Source: Candidatus Omnitrophota bacterium
Lineage (GTDB): Bacteria; Omnitrophota; Gorgyraeia; Tantalellales; Tantalellaceae
Direction of reading: 5' to 3'
NCBI GenBank assembly: GCA_049643885.1
Contig: JBARQV010000033.1
Coordinates: 11,229 to 75,228 of the forward strand
DNA length: 64,000 nucleotides
The position numbers were made by a program, and so were the translations under genes. Below, in pieces: positions 26,407 through 36,880 of the stretch; position 1 is the first letter of the stretch; each line of letters begins with the position of its first letter. Below the pieces are notes generated by a model. The model worked only from the letters and a program-made list of their open reading frames with translations. It was not told the origin of the DNA and searched no databases.

Positions 26407-26544
26407 TCTTACCCAACATTGTCGTTGTTAAATTTAAAAAAGTCAGAAATTTCTCTTGCGTTTTCTTCTTGCCCCATGTTATCGTATAGGAGTTAATATT
26501 ACAAAAAGCAAGTAGTATTAGTATATACTGGAGGAAAGTAAGAC

Positions 26545-29262
26545 GTGAAAAACAGCATATCCTGGAGGGTGTGTGTGAAAGTTATAAGTCTGGTTATAAT
26601 TTTCATATTCACCTCTACAAATGTAGCACCCGTACAACCTTTCAAGTACGCAAGTTATTGCCGGGGTATCAATCTGTCCCCTCAATATTCATCCAAGCCG
26701 ATCGAGGACATAAGCGTCCAGGAGAAGAGCCGGCTCGGCCTTATTATTTTGGAAGCCGTGACAAGAAGGCCGGAGCTTTTGGCTGCGGAGACCATCCAGG
26801 ACATGGCCATGGGAGAATACGTTGTCCGTTTCTCATCTATCGAGCCGGTTGCTATTAAGAGCGGTCTTGCGGCGGAAGAAAGCGCAAATCTCTTTTTTAT
26901 TCCATGTTATGTCGCGGAAAAACTTTTTTACGCGTATCTTGTCCGTTACGCTGATGGCAGGTCCAAGATCGCCGTGATGACGGAAAAAGAGTATGAGTCA
27001 TCTTATAAAGAAATAACGGATAGTAAGGCGATCGATCCTGAAACCGCGAGCCGGTTAAAGGAAGACCTCTCCCCGGGAAGCCTAAGGGAAAGCGGACCTG
27101 ATATGTGTTTTCTGGACAAGACCGACCCGAGCGTCGGGATGCTCTCGCGTTTTCTTGAAAAAGCAGGAACAGTTAACTTAAAAAAGAAACTGGAAACGCT
27201 TTTAGGTCAAAGACTGCTTTTCACTGTGCAAGGGCCGGCTCTTGTGTCGCGCGGAATCGTAGTTGATTCTTCGAAAGAGCCGGAGAGCAGGGCGATATCA
27301 ATACTGTCGAGGATCCTTATAGATTCGGGCGCAAGTTATCTCCGCGTTGTAGGAGCCTTTTCGGAGTTTCTTAAGGATGAAAACTCATTTGACCTGGATG
27401 TATTTGATCCGGAGCTTAATGTTTTCTTGCGTGAATTGGACAAAAGCCTGGGGTCGCCCGTCTCCAATGAAGGGAATATACGTTTTTCGGATCGGGCATA
27501 TGGAGAGATGATGATCCCGTTCACCATAGTCAAAGGCAGGCGGGTAGAAGTGAAGCTTGAGGATTGCCAGGAGGTCGTACACGATATTATCCGCGTTTTC
27601 AAGAAAGTGATCAAGCATGAGATGGAGGATTATAATAAGACTGCCCCGGAAGGACGCAAAATAACGATAAAGGATATGCCCGGCCGCAGGATCGTGGTTG
27701 AGCACATTTCCGATTGTCTTCTTCCCACCCTTATTGAAGACAAAGACGGAACGATAAGAATAAATGAGCTTGTTGTAAAGACCCTGCGCGTGGCACTTGA
27801 TAAAGGCGTATTTACCCGTATGGGCAATATGAAATCTTTTCATGGGCAGGGGGAGCGGGGTGAAGATATCGGGAATTTTTATGAATCACTGCTTTATTCA
27901 CTAGCGCTTCATTCTATAAGAGGACATTTCAGGATAAATGAGTATGGATTCGCGGTGTTCAACCCGGATGAAAGCTGGGCCCAGGGGGAGAGAGGAAGAT
28001 CGCATTTATATCCAAATATACTGGCGATGCTTACCTGGTGGTTTGTGGCTGTCGATCACGGTGTTGACTTGCGCGAAAGAGTAAAACTTTTCATTGAAGA
28101 GAACCCCGAAGTTTTCAGGCATCTCTCGGATGAAGAAAGAGAAAGACTTCCCGAGCATGTTGGTCAGCTGGACTGGCATATGATGAGAGACGGTGTATCT
28201 CTGGGGAGCATGTATGACAGAAAGACCGGCATGGATTACCTGGATTACGGGCGAATAGTGCGGGAAGGAAGATATGTAAAACCCTATCCTAAAAAAGAAA
28301 AACCCGAACGAAATGATGTTTCTGGGGGCGAGACGGAAGACTCCGGAAAGTCCGCGCAAAGGGGGGAAGAAGCGGCTACCGAGGCGGAGATACTGGAACT
28401 ACTTTCAGTCGAAGGCCGTCCTTTTACCATGGCGGAAATAGCCGCGGATCTGGATTATCAGCAGCCGGGTGACGTTCTGATCCCTCTTGTAAGGCTTGTA
28501 GAGCTAGGCGTAGTGGATGATGCCGGGATCAGGGATGAACAGCCGTTATTCCAGGCATTGCCGCTCAAAGTAGACGATGTAAGGAGCATCCAGGGAGTAT
28601 TGGATGAAAACGAACTTTTCGGGTTAGATACAGATAACATGAAGGTCAAAGGTGAAGTATATAAGAGGACAGAACCCAGGTGGGCGAGAGCCCTTGTTGA
28701 AACAGTAACGAACAGTAAAAGGATAGATGAAATAAAAGAAAGCGGCCAGAAGCTGGTCATTGCCGTTGAGACCGACTGGATACCTGAAGAACAAAGGGTT
28801 TTTATACAGGAACTGGTCCAGGAGATAGAGAAGTTGAACCACACGGGTTCGGTCAAAATAGTAAGAGGGTCAGGCGCTGGCCTGGCAACGAAGATCAGCA
28901 AGGCAATATCCAAAGAAGGCGTTAAGCTCAAAAATGTTGTTGTCCTTGCGAGCCGGGAAACGATCGAAAGCAAGGAATTCGAGCCATTTAGGGCTAAAGA
29001 CGACAAAGATACAGAAAAGGCTTTTCTCGCCGGTGTTGACGCAAGCCAGCTAAAAGGAGATTCATATATAAGGCTGGTTGAGATGCTTAACCTTACTATT
29101 CGCATGGCTTTAGGGCAAAAACTACTCTCAAATCACCGCAAAATAACGATTGAAGTGTTGAACAGCAGAACGATAATACTCCTACCCAGGGCCGAAAAGG
29201 TCAAAATCGAGGATCTTCAAGATATCTATAATAAACAAAAGAACTTACTTGCCGCCGCTTAA
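26545..29262 (+). CDS. Large secreted/membrane-anchored hypothetical protein (905 aa) lacking the shared N-module; N-terminal hydrophobic signal, possible winged-helix-like segment near aa 610-660
   Basis: GTG start with GGAGGA RBS 9 nt upstream; hydrophobic N-terminus (VISLVIIFIFTSTNVAP); 2.7 kb ORF embedded between giant genes on same strand. Confidence 0.75.
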   Translation: MKNSISWRVCVKVISLVIIFIFTSTNVAPVQPFKYASYCRGINLSPQYSSKPIEDISVQEKSRLGLIILEAVTRRPELLAAETIQDMAMGEYVVRFSSIEPVAIKSGLAAEESANLFFIPCYVAEKLFYAYLVRYADGRSKIAVMTEKEYESSYKEITDSKAIDPETASRLKEDLSPGSLRESGPDMCFLDKTDPSVGMLSRFLEKAGTVNLKKKLETLLGQRLLFTVQGPALVSRGIVVDSSKEPESRAISILSRILIDSGASYLRVVGAFSEFLKDENSFDLDVFDPELNVFLRELDKSLGSPVSNEGNIRFSDRAYGEMMIPFTIVKGRRVEVKLEDCQEVVHDIIRVFKKVIKHEMEDYNKTAPEGRKITIKDMPGRRIVVEHISDCLLPTLIEDKDGTIRINELVVKTLRVALDKGVFTRMGNMKSFHGQGERGEDIGNFYESLLYSLALHSIRGHFRINEYGFAVFNPDESWAQGERGRSHLYPNILAMLTWWFVAVDHGVDLRERVKLFIEENPEVFRHLSDEERERLPEHVGQLDWHMMRDGVSLGSMYDRKTGMDYLDYGRIVREGRYVKPYPKKEKPERNDVSGGETEDSGKSAQRGEEAATEAEILELLSVEGRPFTMAEIAADLDYQQPGDVLIPLVRLVELGVVDDAGIRDEQPLFQALPLKVDDVRSIQGVLDENELFGLDTDNMKVKGEVYKRTEPRWARALVETVTNSKRIDEIKESGQKLVIAVETDWIPEEQRVFIQELVQEIEKLNHTGSVKIVRGSGAGLATKISKAISKEGVKLKNVVVLASRETIESKEFEPFRAKDDKDTEKAFLAGVDASQLKGDSYIRLVEMLNLTIRMALGQKLLSNHRKITIEVLNSRTIILLPRAEKVKIEDLQDIYNKQKNLLAAA

Positions 29263-29484
29263 TAGAGAAGTTAGTATTTCAAAAAGCAAGCTCAATTAAT
29301 TTGTATTCCTTATATATTAGGTGTAAACTAAAATTAGGGTACATATATCTAGCTTGGCGTATAGATAACCGTAAGCTTGGACTTAGGTTAGAGGATATGT
29401 CTGGTCTAGGTTGTGTGCCTTTTTTATAGGCTAAATAGTAAATAGTTTTGAAAAGTATTAATACAATTGTTTGCGAGGTGCGTC

Positions 29485-32400
29485 ATGAAAAATATATGGC
29501 TAAAGACAATAAGTGTTGTTGTAGCGCTTACTTTCTTCCTGAGCATGCTGCCTATCGATGCACTAGCAGTTGAAGATCCGGAGGGTGCGCCTTTACCTTT
29601 TGCTGAAGGAAAAGGAGATGAAGCGGCGGTGTTTAACCCGGAGACTTTCGCGCTTCCCACGCAGATGGGAACGGTAAAAGATTCGTGGAAAGGGAAGACT
29701 GATAAGGCGGTTATTCACATCCAGGACGCCCACTGTAATTATGACGCGCAGAAGCAGATTTCGAACATCATTGAATATTTAAGCGGAGTGTATGGTGTAG
29801 ATACTGTCAACCTGGAGGGCGGTAGCGGCGAATACGACCTCGCTGTGTTTACAAATATCCTTAATAAACATGTGAGACAGGAAGTCGTTGATTCATTTGT
29901 CCATGACGGCCTTGTCAACGGGGCGGAATATTTTGCCGCGACCAATCCGGATAAGGTCAAACTCTGGGGGATAGAAAAGGTGGATCTTTACCTCCAGGAC
30001 CTGGATGTCTACCGTGAATCGCTTACGTATAAAGAGCAGGTGGACAGGTACATCAAATCGCTTACCCACATCTTGAACAACCTCAAAATGCATATCTTTC
30101 CCAAAGACCTCCTCGAGATGGACATGAAATATACGCAATATAAGACGGGCGAATTGAGTTTCAAGGATTACCTGGTATTTTTGCTGGATAAAGCGAAACA
30201 GATGGGGATAGACATAAAAGGATTCGCGAATATCTTCCTGTTGAAACAATCTCTTGAACAGGAAGGCCGGATCGATTTCAAACTGGCCAGCAGGCAGCGC
30301 GAGGACCTGGTGAAAAAGCTGGAAGCGTCCCTGTCGAGGAAGCTTATCAAGGAACTGGCCGGGAAAATGGTCGCGTTCCACGAGAAAGAGATATCCCAGT
30401 ATGACTTTTATGAATACCTGATCGAAAAAGCGAAAATGGTAAATATTGACATGAAAGAATACCCGGAACTGCAGAAATACGTGGTATATATCGCCTTATA
30501 TCACGCGGTAAATAAATCCAAAATAGTGGCGGAGTTAAATTCCCTTGAAGACAGCATCAAGGTGTCCCTTTTCACTAACGATGACCAGAGAGAGCTCGAC
30601 GTCCTTTCAAAGAACCTGGTCCTTACGAAGAACATGTTCAACATTACAATGACCAAAGAAGATTACGAATATTACATGAAGAACAGATCATCTTTTGACG
30701 TTCGTAATTATTTATCCTTTATCGAAAAGCAGGCTCTCCGCTTCAAGATAACCGCGAGGCCCGAGCAGGATATAGAGCGGCTTGACGGGTACCGCGAGGA
30801 TATCCAGAAATTCTTCGAGATATCGTTCAAGAGGGACGATGCGTTCATGAAAAACATGAAATTCTCAGAGCAGCAGGGGCAGGGCAGGAAAAAGATGCAG
30901 ATAGCGATCGTCATGACGGGAGGGTTTCATACTGAGAACCTGTGCGAGCTTTTCAGGAAAAAAGGTATTTCTTACGTTTCCGTAATACCGACGTTTACCA
31001 ATCCCAAAGGGTACGAGAGCCCTTATTTCAACCTTCTCGGAGGAAAAGAGGCCGGTTTAGTCGAGCAATTTAATGAAATATTCGCTTCGATGTCCGCGTT
31101 GCAGGTAGCAAGCATGCTGAACAACGCGCTCGGATCACAGGTGTGGGGAGAACGTAACATCAGGGCTTTTGATGCTGCGGCTATCGTCAGGGAGGCGATA
31201 GCAAGAGGCATCGAAGTAACGGACATAACAACGGAAGCCGGAAACATCATCTTCCGCATGGCGGATGGAACTACCGAAACAATGGCTATCACAAAGTTTT
31301 GGAAGATAGTGGGAGATGTTGACATCGACGCACAGATGGACGCACTGCCCGAAAACGCGTTTTCGGATATCATAATGGAACGCGGCCAGGTACAGGAGAT
31401 CAAAAACTTTCTTAAGGAAATAGGCGTGCCTGCCGATGCCGTTGATGCGTATATGGATGAACTTTTCACGGGTATAAATCCCGATACAGAACTGAATTAC
31501 CTGAGGTTTGTGGAAGGGGTGGATTTTGGAGGTCATCCGGGCGGATTTGGAATAAGACTTAACAGGAAATACGGTGACGCCCAGGGGCGTCTCACGCGTG
31601 AAGGGATGGCGAAACTTGTCCATGAGATAGTAGGCGGTCTCTACGGCAACCATCTTATGGCCGGTAAAGCGGAAAGCTGGTTCAAACAGTCGGCCAGGGC
31701 AAGAAGAGGCAAACAGCTGGCAGAAGCGCCCGCGAATTCTCCGTTAGGAAAATATGGCAGGCCGGTATGGAGGTTGAATTTCGGTGAAAGAAACAGTGTC
31801 GAGAGGGATTTCGCGACGCGCGGGGAAGGAGAGGAAGAGGCAGCGGCAGCGGCGGAAGCGGTACCCGGCGCGGCAGTCGAGGGTGCGAGAGTGGCCGAAG
31901 TGGGAATGGAATTTTTTACCGCAGCGCCCGAAGTGGGTGCCGTGAACGAGATTGCCGCGAGGATCCAGACGGGCGACGCGGCCAGTGTCGTGGAGCAGAT
32001 CGATGCGGTAGTTCTTGAGATAAATAACAGGGCTAATTTAGCGGATACGGATGCCGCCAGGGATATGCTTTGGGCCTTTTTAGGATCGATATTTCAGAAT
32101 GGAGCGGCTCTTCAAGGACTTACTTTTGAAGGCAGGTCTGTCAGGGAATACGCCCTGGCCGCGGCCGGGCATGCTTTATATACCATTGACAAAAATCTTG
32201 GTCATGTGCCCGAAGGCGTTCCTGTCGATCGTTACTCTCGAGCGGTCTGGCTGGACCGTTTAATGAATGCCGCGTTTAAGAACCAGCAAGCGGGACCGGG
32301 TTATACAAACAGCGTAAGGGGCGCTCTTCGAGGCGCGATCAAAGGAATACTTAAGGGCAATACGGATCTTCCCGTGGAGGCTGAGGATGTAGCTCCCGTC

Positions 32401-35400
32401 CGTGTCTGGACCTGGGACGCTGAAAGGAAGATGCCTGTTCCAGCGCCGGGGATCGGAGTCGTCAGATTGCCCAATGGGGAAAAGATAGATAAAAAATTGT
32501 ACGATCTGGCAAGGGCAAGAAATGCCGCGAAGGACGCGCAGGACCAGGGAGACGGAAGAAGCGCGATAATGGCGTTTAACGCGGCGAATAAATTGCGCGC
32601 CGAAACCGTTGAAATGCTGGAGAACGTCTCACCCGAAGCGAGGGAAAGGTTAGGGTTGCCTTCACCCGATGAATTGGCAGAAGAGGCACGAGAGGATCCC
32701 ATTGCCCAGTTAGAGGTCGGGGAGATCGGTGAGGGCGAGCTTGCCGCCGCTGAGGGGACCAGGCTTATAGAGAACATGTTCACGTTCGTTGACAGGACAG
32801 GACGGGCCAGGCCGATGTCCGCGGCGGAAGCGGAGAGAACAATAGGTGACTTGGATGTAATGATAGCTCTTATTGTCGCCGGCAATTCGGCCAAGGTTGA
32901 TCTGACAACGGCCGTGAACAATAATCTCGGGACAATGGATAGATACGTTGCGGAATTCGTTAACAGCATGGCCCATCCCAGCCGCCGCCAGGCGCGGTGG
33001 GCGGGGTTGAGATACACGGCGCGCGAGTCCTTTGCTAAACCCGAGCTTAACGCCCTCAGGGCGATGAAAATGATGCGGCAGCTGCTCCGGCAAAAACTGG
33101 AGCAACTCAAGGCGCAGGAAGTCCAGCGCGATAACGTGTCTTATAACACTTTTGTGGCCAGCACGAGCAGGGGGATATACCAGGCCCAGGAGCTTCTTGG
33201 ATATCTCGCGGCACAGGATGAACCGGCCGACGTGACGATCCAGGCAATAAGGCATATGAACCAGCGCGTAGGCCTTTTAAGGACGAATATAGAGGCTCTT
33301 TCTATTTTGCAAAGAAGAGTGGAGCAGAACCTGGGAGACGAAGAAAGGTCCAGGGAAATGGCCGCACAGTTGGGAGAACTGGAAAAAATGCTCGGCGAGA
33401 TGCAAAAGAGCCTGTCCATTTTCGTGATAAATCATGAAACTCAATTATCGTCGGCAATGAAAAATGAAGACGCGAAAGAAAGATTATCGGAACTTATACG
33501 CGGTCCGGAAGACGACAAGACAAAAGGCCTTTTGGGACAGCCGGTCGTAAAGCACCAGGAGATCATCGATCAAATCACCGACGCGGCCGCGGAGGGCAGG
33601 TCCGGAGCAGCCATACTGGACCCAAATCTCGCCCAGGTTAAAGACAATGAATTCACCGCGGCTGACGCCGAAGGCGGCGTTTTCTCGCAGATGCGTGATA
33701 CGATAATACGGGAGAGACACAACGGATTTGAGCCGGGAAGACCCGTGATGAGTGGGGAATTGTTGCTGGAGTTAAGGAACGCCATATTGGGCGTGAACCT
33801 TCTTATGCAGCAGGCAATGGGCATAAGGGAGGACGTTCCGTTCTCAGACGAAGAAAAGGCCCTCATGACCCTTGCCAGGAGATACGGTGAACGTTTGGCG
33901 GTCAGTATACATTCGCAGGGGATACGTCCGGCGGATACCGGATGGACAGGACTGCCGACAAGAGACCCCGCGTTTTTAAGGATGGCCCGCCTGATGTTGC
34001 AGAGGAAGATAGGGGACCTGATGCTGGAGGACGCCAATAATCTTATGGATCTTGTGGAAAAACAGCTCGAAAGAACGGAAAGAGGAGAATTAGCTCCTCC
34101 AACCAGAGGCCAAATGGCCGGTTTGGTCAGGGAACTGTACCGCGCCGACAGCGAGCTTGACCGTTTTATGGAATTAGGCGTGGTAGGGGAAGCCGGCAGG
34201 AACGCATTTACGGACAGGTTCGTCGCTTTCTGGAGAAGAGCGGAAGCGATAGATCCCAGGTACGGCAGCGATAACCTGGAGACTTTGCTGGAATGGGCGG
34301 AAAAAGCGGGTATGATCGACAGGATAGGGTTTCCTGCCAGGATCGGAGCTACCGCGGACAGGCTGCTTGATGAAACTGTCGAAGCCCTGCAGGAGAGGAT
34401 AGATGCCAGGCGGGATTTTGAAGCGGCTTTAGCCCGGGCTAAAAGAGAAATCCCATCAATGCGTTCGACCGAAGGACAACGGAGTTATCTTATAAGTATG
34501 ACCAGCAGGGCCCTTAACGAGGAATTGAACAAACCGGAAGACCAGAGGAGCTATGAAGATATAAACGAATTAAGAGCTGATCTAGCCCGGTACGAAGCGG
34601 AAAGGAACGAACTCCGCGCAAGGCGGCGCGCTCTCATGACGGAAGCCATTCTCGCGCTTACCGGCCGGAATATTGAAGCCGGGACGATACATGACAGCTG
34701 GCTGGACGTTGATCCTGTCAGGCTGGAGTCTGAAATAAGGTTTCTTCGTGATACCGCGGGAACGGACATTTACGCGCATAATTATACTATTTTCCAGCGG
34801 CGGTTCCGGGCGATCATGGACAAAAAAGATCTGATCAGGACGTTGAACGGACTTCTTCCTGGGACGGCAAGGCCTATTCCGATGGGGGCTGCCGAACTTA
34901 TTGCGAGCGCCAGGGCACTGGTGCGAAGAGCCATTGCCGCGTTGGTCGATAGCGGTGGGACCGCGCGGCAGGTCCTGGCGTTATTGGATGCAGGTACCGC
35001 GAATGCGAACACTGCGGTCGCCGGTTTAAGCGCGGCGGAGTTGAGTGACATGCTTGACGAACTGGAAGAACGCGGAGATGTTGTTTATGAGGATAAGAAC
35101 CTGGAGGCAGGCGGTATCAAGGACCGATTGGAACTGATAGGGCTGTTGAATATGCAGCTTCCCCGGGGCAGAAAGATCGCGACAAATATTGACAACCTGA
35201 CGATGGACAGGCGGGAATTGATAAGAACGGCGGTTAACGGGGCTGAGTCCGCGAGTAATATCTATTCTATATTACAAATGTCCCGCGATGAAGATATATC
35301 CTTGACCGCTTTGTCGGGTATAAAGGTTCAAATCGTAGGGCTGGGATTGGACGCGAACGGCCTGCGCGAGATCCTCAATGACATAGAAGCGTTAGGTTAC

Positions 35401-36831
35401 GATATTTACGGGGGAAGGATTGAAGGGGCCGAATTGTTCGGGCGTGATATGTTCGCGCTTCGTGATCAGGTACAGGCTTTGCAGGATTCATTGCGCGGGG
35501 TTGCCTGGGACCAGGCGGCGGGTCAGATCGGCCAGGAACTTGCGACCCCGGAGAACACTTTTCGCAGGAGACTAGCCGAGTCTATGGTACCTGCGATGAG
35601 AGGCATGGACAGGATGCTGATCCGTGACGATACGCTTCCGTCGATCATTTCCAGGCTTGAGCGGATGCCTCTATTCCGGTGGCAGCAGGCCTCGCGGGCC
35701 AGGTCCGCCAGGAAGACGCCCGAACAGGTACGGGGTGTAATAAAAGTGCTGGAATCATACCGCGACATATTCATGGGCAGGTCGGGCATGGTATCCGAAA
35801 GGCTGCAGCGCGCCTGGGACGGGTCCAATGAAGCGGCGTACAGGGAAGCGATGATAAGGATAGTCGAGGCTTCTGGAGAACTTGGCGATCCTTTACTTAA
35901 AAACGGTACATATGATCTCGCGGTAATAGACCAGGCGATAAAGACCGCCCAAACGCAGCTTAGGTTGAGCGAGGCTATAGCATCGCGCGCGGCCGAAGAA
36001 GGAAGGGCAGCCATGGGCGAAACTGTCATCAACATGAATCAGTTCGCCGAACAGATCGAGGAAGCGATGGGGACCCTGATGCAGCCCAATCTTCCCGGGA
36101 AGATGAGCGCCGGTGTTCCCGTCGGGACGCCGGAAGACGAGGTGAACTGGAGAAATGCCGTCAGGGCTAAATCCAAGATCAACAGTTTCTGCAAGACTGC
36201 GTTTGGTAAGGGAGTCGATACCCCGGCCCAGGCGGACGGGAACCAGATAGGTCTTTTCAGGATAGTCAGGGGCGATCCCATGGAGACGCTTACCGGGGAA
36301 CATGGTATGGCTCAAGACTGGCATAAGAGAGCCCGGGCCGGAGAGCCGTTTGTCGCGTATATTCCTGAGATGGAAGGCCTGCCGTCGAACATCGACAAAT
36401 TCCAGATCAGCAATTACAGGGATTTTGTGCTTGCGGTGATACAAATAAGAGCTAGCGCGGGACAGAAGATGTACCAGGACCTGCTGGATCTGATAAACGC
36501 CGGCGATATTATTCTTTTGCGTGACAGCTATTCGGATTGCACCGCGGGGCCTACGGTCGCGCCGCCGGAGATATTCAGGCGGTTTCTGGGTATGAGGAAG
36601 ATAGTCCATATAGAGGATACCGAAGAAGGGTCATCGGCCATGGCGTCGGCACTTACGGATTTTAAAAAATTCCTTATTCAGGCCTCACCAGACAGGGAAG
36701 CCGCAAGGAGAGCTCTTGAAGGCATGAATAATCTGACCGATATACTTAAGAATTACGTGATGCAGTGGAGCGTGGTCGAGAGAATAGGCCAGGAAATAGA
36801 AGCCTACATAGAAGTGGTCATATCCGTATAA
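29485..36831 (+). CDS. Giant protein (about 2448 aa) with signal peptide + conserved 'QDAHCN' module, second module shared with ORF at 19447, long helical/coiled C-terminal region
   Basis: ATG 29485 with GAGGTG RBS 5 nt upstream (in-frame TTG at 29467 possible); 7.3 kb uninterrupted ORF; clear paralogy of first about 500 aa to ORFs at 9061/19447/36881. Confidence 0.9.
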   Translation: MKNIWLKTISVVVALTFFLSMLPIDALAVEDPEGAPLPFAEGKGDEAAVFNPETFALPTQMGTVKDSWKGKTDKAVIHIQDAHCNYDAQKQISNIIEYLSGVYGVDTVNLEGGSGEYDLAVFTNILNKHVRQEVVDSFVHDGLVNGAEYFAATNPDKVKLWGIEKVDLYLQDLDVYRESLTYKEQVDRYIKSLTHILNNLKMHIFPKDLLEMDMKYTQYKTGELSFKDYLVFLLDKAKQMGIDIKGFANIFLLKQSLEQEGRIDFKLASRQREDLVKKLEASLSRKLIKELAGKMVAFHEKEISQYDFYEYLIEKAKMVNIDMKEYPELQKYVVYIALYHAVNKSKIVAELNSLEDSIKVSLFTNDDQRELDVLSKNLVLTKNMFNITMTKEDYEYYMKNRSSFDVRNYLSFIEKQALRFKITARPEQDIERLDGYREDIQKFFEISFKRDDAFMKNMKFSEQQGQGRKKMQIAIVMTGGFHTENLCELFRKKGISYVSVIPTFTNPKGYESPYFNLLGGKEAGLVEQFNEIFASMSALQVASMLNNALGSQVWGERNIRAFDAAAIVREAIARGIEVTDITTEAGNIIFRMADGTTETMAITKFWKIVGDVDIDAQMDALPENAFSDIIMERGQVQEIKNFLKEIGVPADAVDAYMDELFTGINPDTELNYLRFVEGVDFGGHPGGFGIRLNRKYGDAQGRLTREGMAKLVHEIVGGLYGNHLMAGKAESWFKQSARARRGKQLAEAPANSPLGKYGRPVWRLNFGERNSVERDFATRGEGEEEAAAAAEAVPGAAVEGARVAEVGMEFFTAAPEVGAVNEIAARIQTGDAASVVEQIDAVVLEINNRANLADTDAARDMLWAFLGSIFQNGAALQGLTFEGRSVREYALAAAGHALYTIDKNLGHVPEGVPVDRYSRAVWLDRLMNAAFKNQQAGPGYTNSVRGALRGAIKGILKGNTDLPVEAEDVAPVRVWTWDAERKMPVPAPGIGVVRLPNGEKIDKKLYDLARARNAAKDAQDQGDGRSAIMAFNAANKLRAETVEMLENVSPEARERLGLPSPDELAEEAREDPIAQLEVGEIGEGELAAAEGTRLIENMFTFVDRTGRARPMSAAEAERTIGDLDVMIALIVAGNSAKVDLTTAVNNNLGTMDRYVAEFVNSMAHPSRRQARWAGLRYTARESFAKPELNALRAMKMMRQLLRQKLEQLKAQEVQRDNVSYNTFVASTSRGIYQAQELLGYLAAQDEPADVTIQAIRHMNQRVGLLRTNIEALSILQRRVEQNLGDEERSREMAAQLGELEKMLGEMQKSLSIFVINHETQLSSAMKNEDAKERLSELIRGPEDDKTKGLLGQPVVKHQEIIDQITDAAAEGRSGAAILDPNLAQVKDNEFTAADAEGGVFSQMRDTIIRERHNGFEPGRPVMSGELLLELRNAILGVNLLMQQAMGIREDVPFSDEEKALMTLARRYGERLAVSIHSQGIRPADTGWTGLPTRDPAFLRMARLMLQRKIGDLMLEDANNLMDLVEKQLERTERGELAPPTRGQMAGLVRELYRADSELDRFMELGVVGEAGRNAFTDRFVAFWRRAEAIDPRYGSDNLETLLEWAEKAGMIDRIGFPARIGATADRLLDETVEALQERIDARRDFEAALARAKREIPSMRSTEGQRSYLISMTSRALNEELNKPEDQRSYEDINELRADLARYEAERNELRARRRALMTEAILALTGRNIEAGTIHDSWLDVDPVRLESEIRFLRDTAGTDIYAHNYTIFQRRFRAIMDKKDLIRTLNGLLPGTARPIPMGAAELIASARALVRRAIAALVDSGGTARQVLALLDAGTANANTAVAGLSAAELSDMLDELEERGDVVYEDKNLEAGGIKDRLELIGLLNMQLPRGRKIATNIDNLTMDRRELIRTAVNGAESASNIYSILQMSRDEDISLTALSGIKVQIVGLGLDANGLREILNDIEALGYDIYGGRIEGAELFGRDMFALRDQVQALQDSLRGVAWDQAAGQIGQELATPENTFRRRLAESMVPAMRGMDRMLIRDDTLPSIISRLERMPLFRWQQASRARSARKTPEQVRGVIKVLESYRDIFMGRSGMVSERLQRAWDGSNEAAYREAMIRIVEASGELGDPLLKNGTYDLAVIDQAIKTAQTQLRLSEAIASRAAEEGRAAMGETVINMNQFAEQIEEAMGTLMQPNLPGKMSAGVPVGTPEDEVNWRNAVRAKSKINSFCKTAFGKGVDTPAQADGNQIGLFRIVRGDPMETLTGEHGMAQDWHKRARAGEPFVAYIPEMEGLPSNIDKFQISNYRDFVLAVIQIRASAGQKMYQDLLDLINAGDIILLRDSYSDCTAGPTVAPPEIFRRFLGMRKIVHIEDTEEGSSAMASALTDFKKFLIQASPDREAARRALEGMNNLTDILKNYVMQWSVVERIGQEIEAYIEVVISV

Positions 36832-36880
36832 TCCTTTCTTCGGCTTTTACGGATGTTGGGATAGAAAAGGGGGTTTTGAG

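Noticed and set aside
26571-26858. 95-aa ORF overlapping the start of the 905-aa gene in another frame
   Set aside because: Out-of-frame overlap with a gene that has a clear RBS and signal peptide; Arg/Gly/His-rich composition typical of an off-frame artefact.
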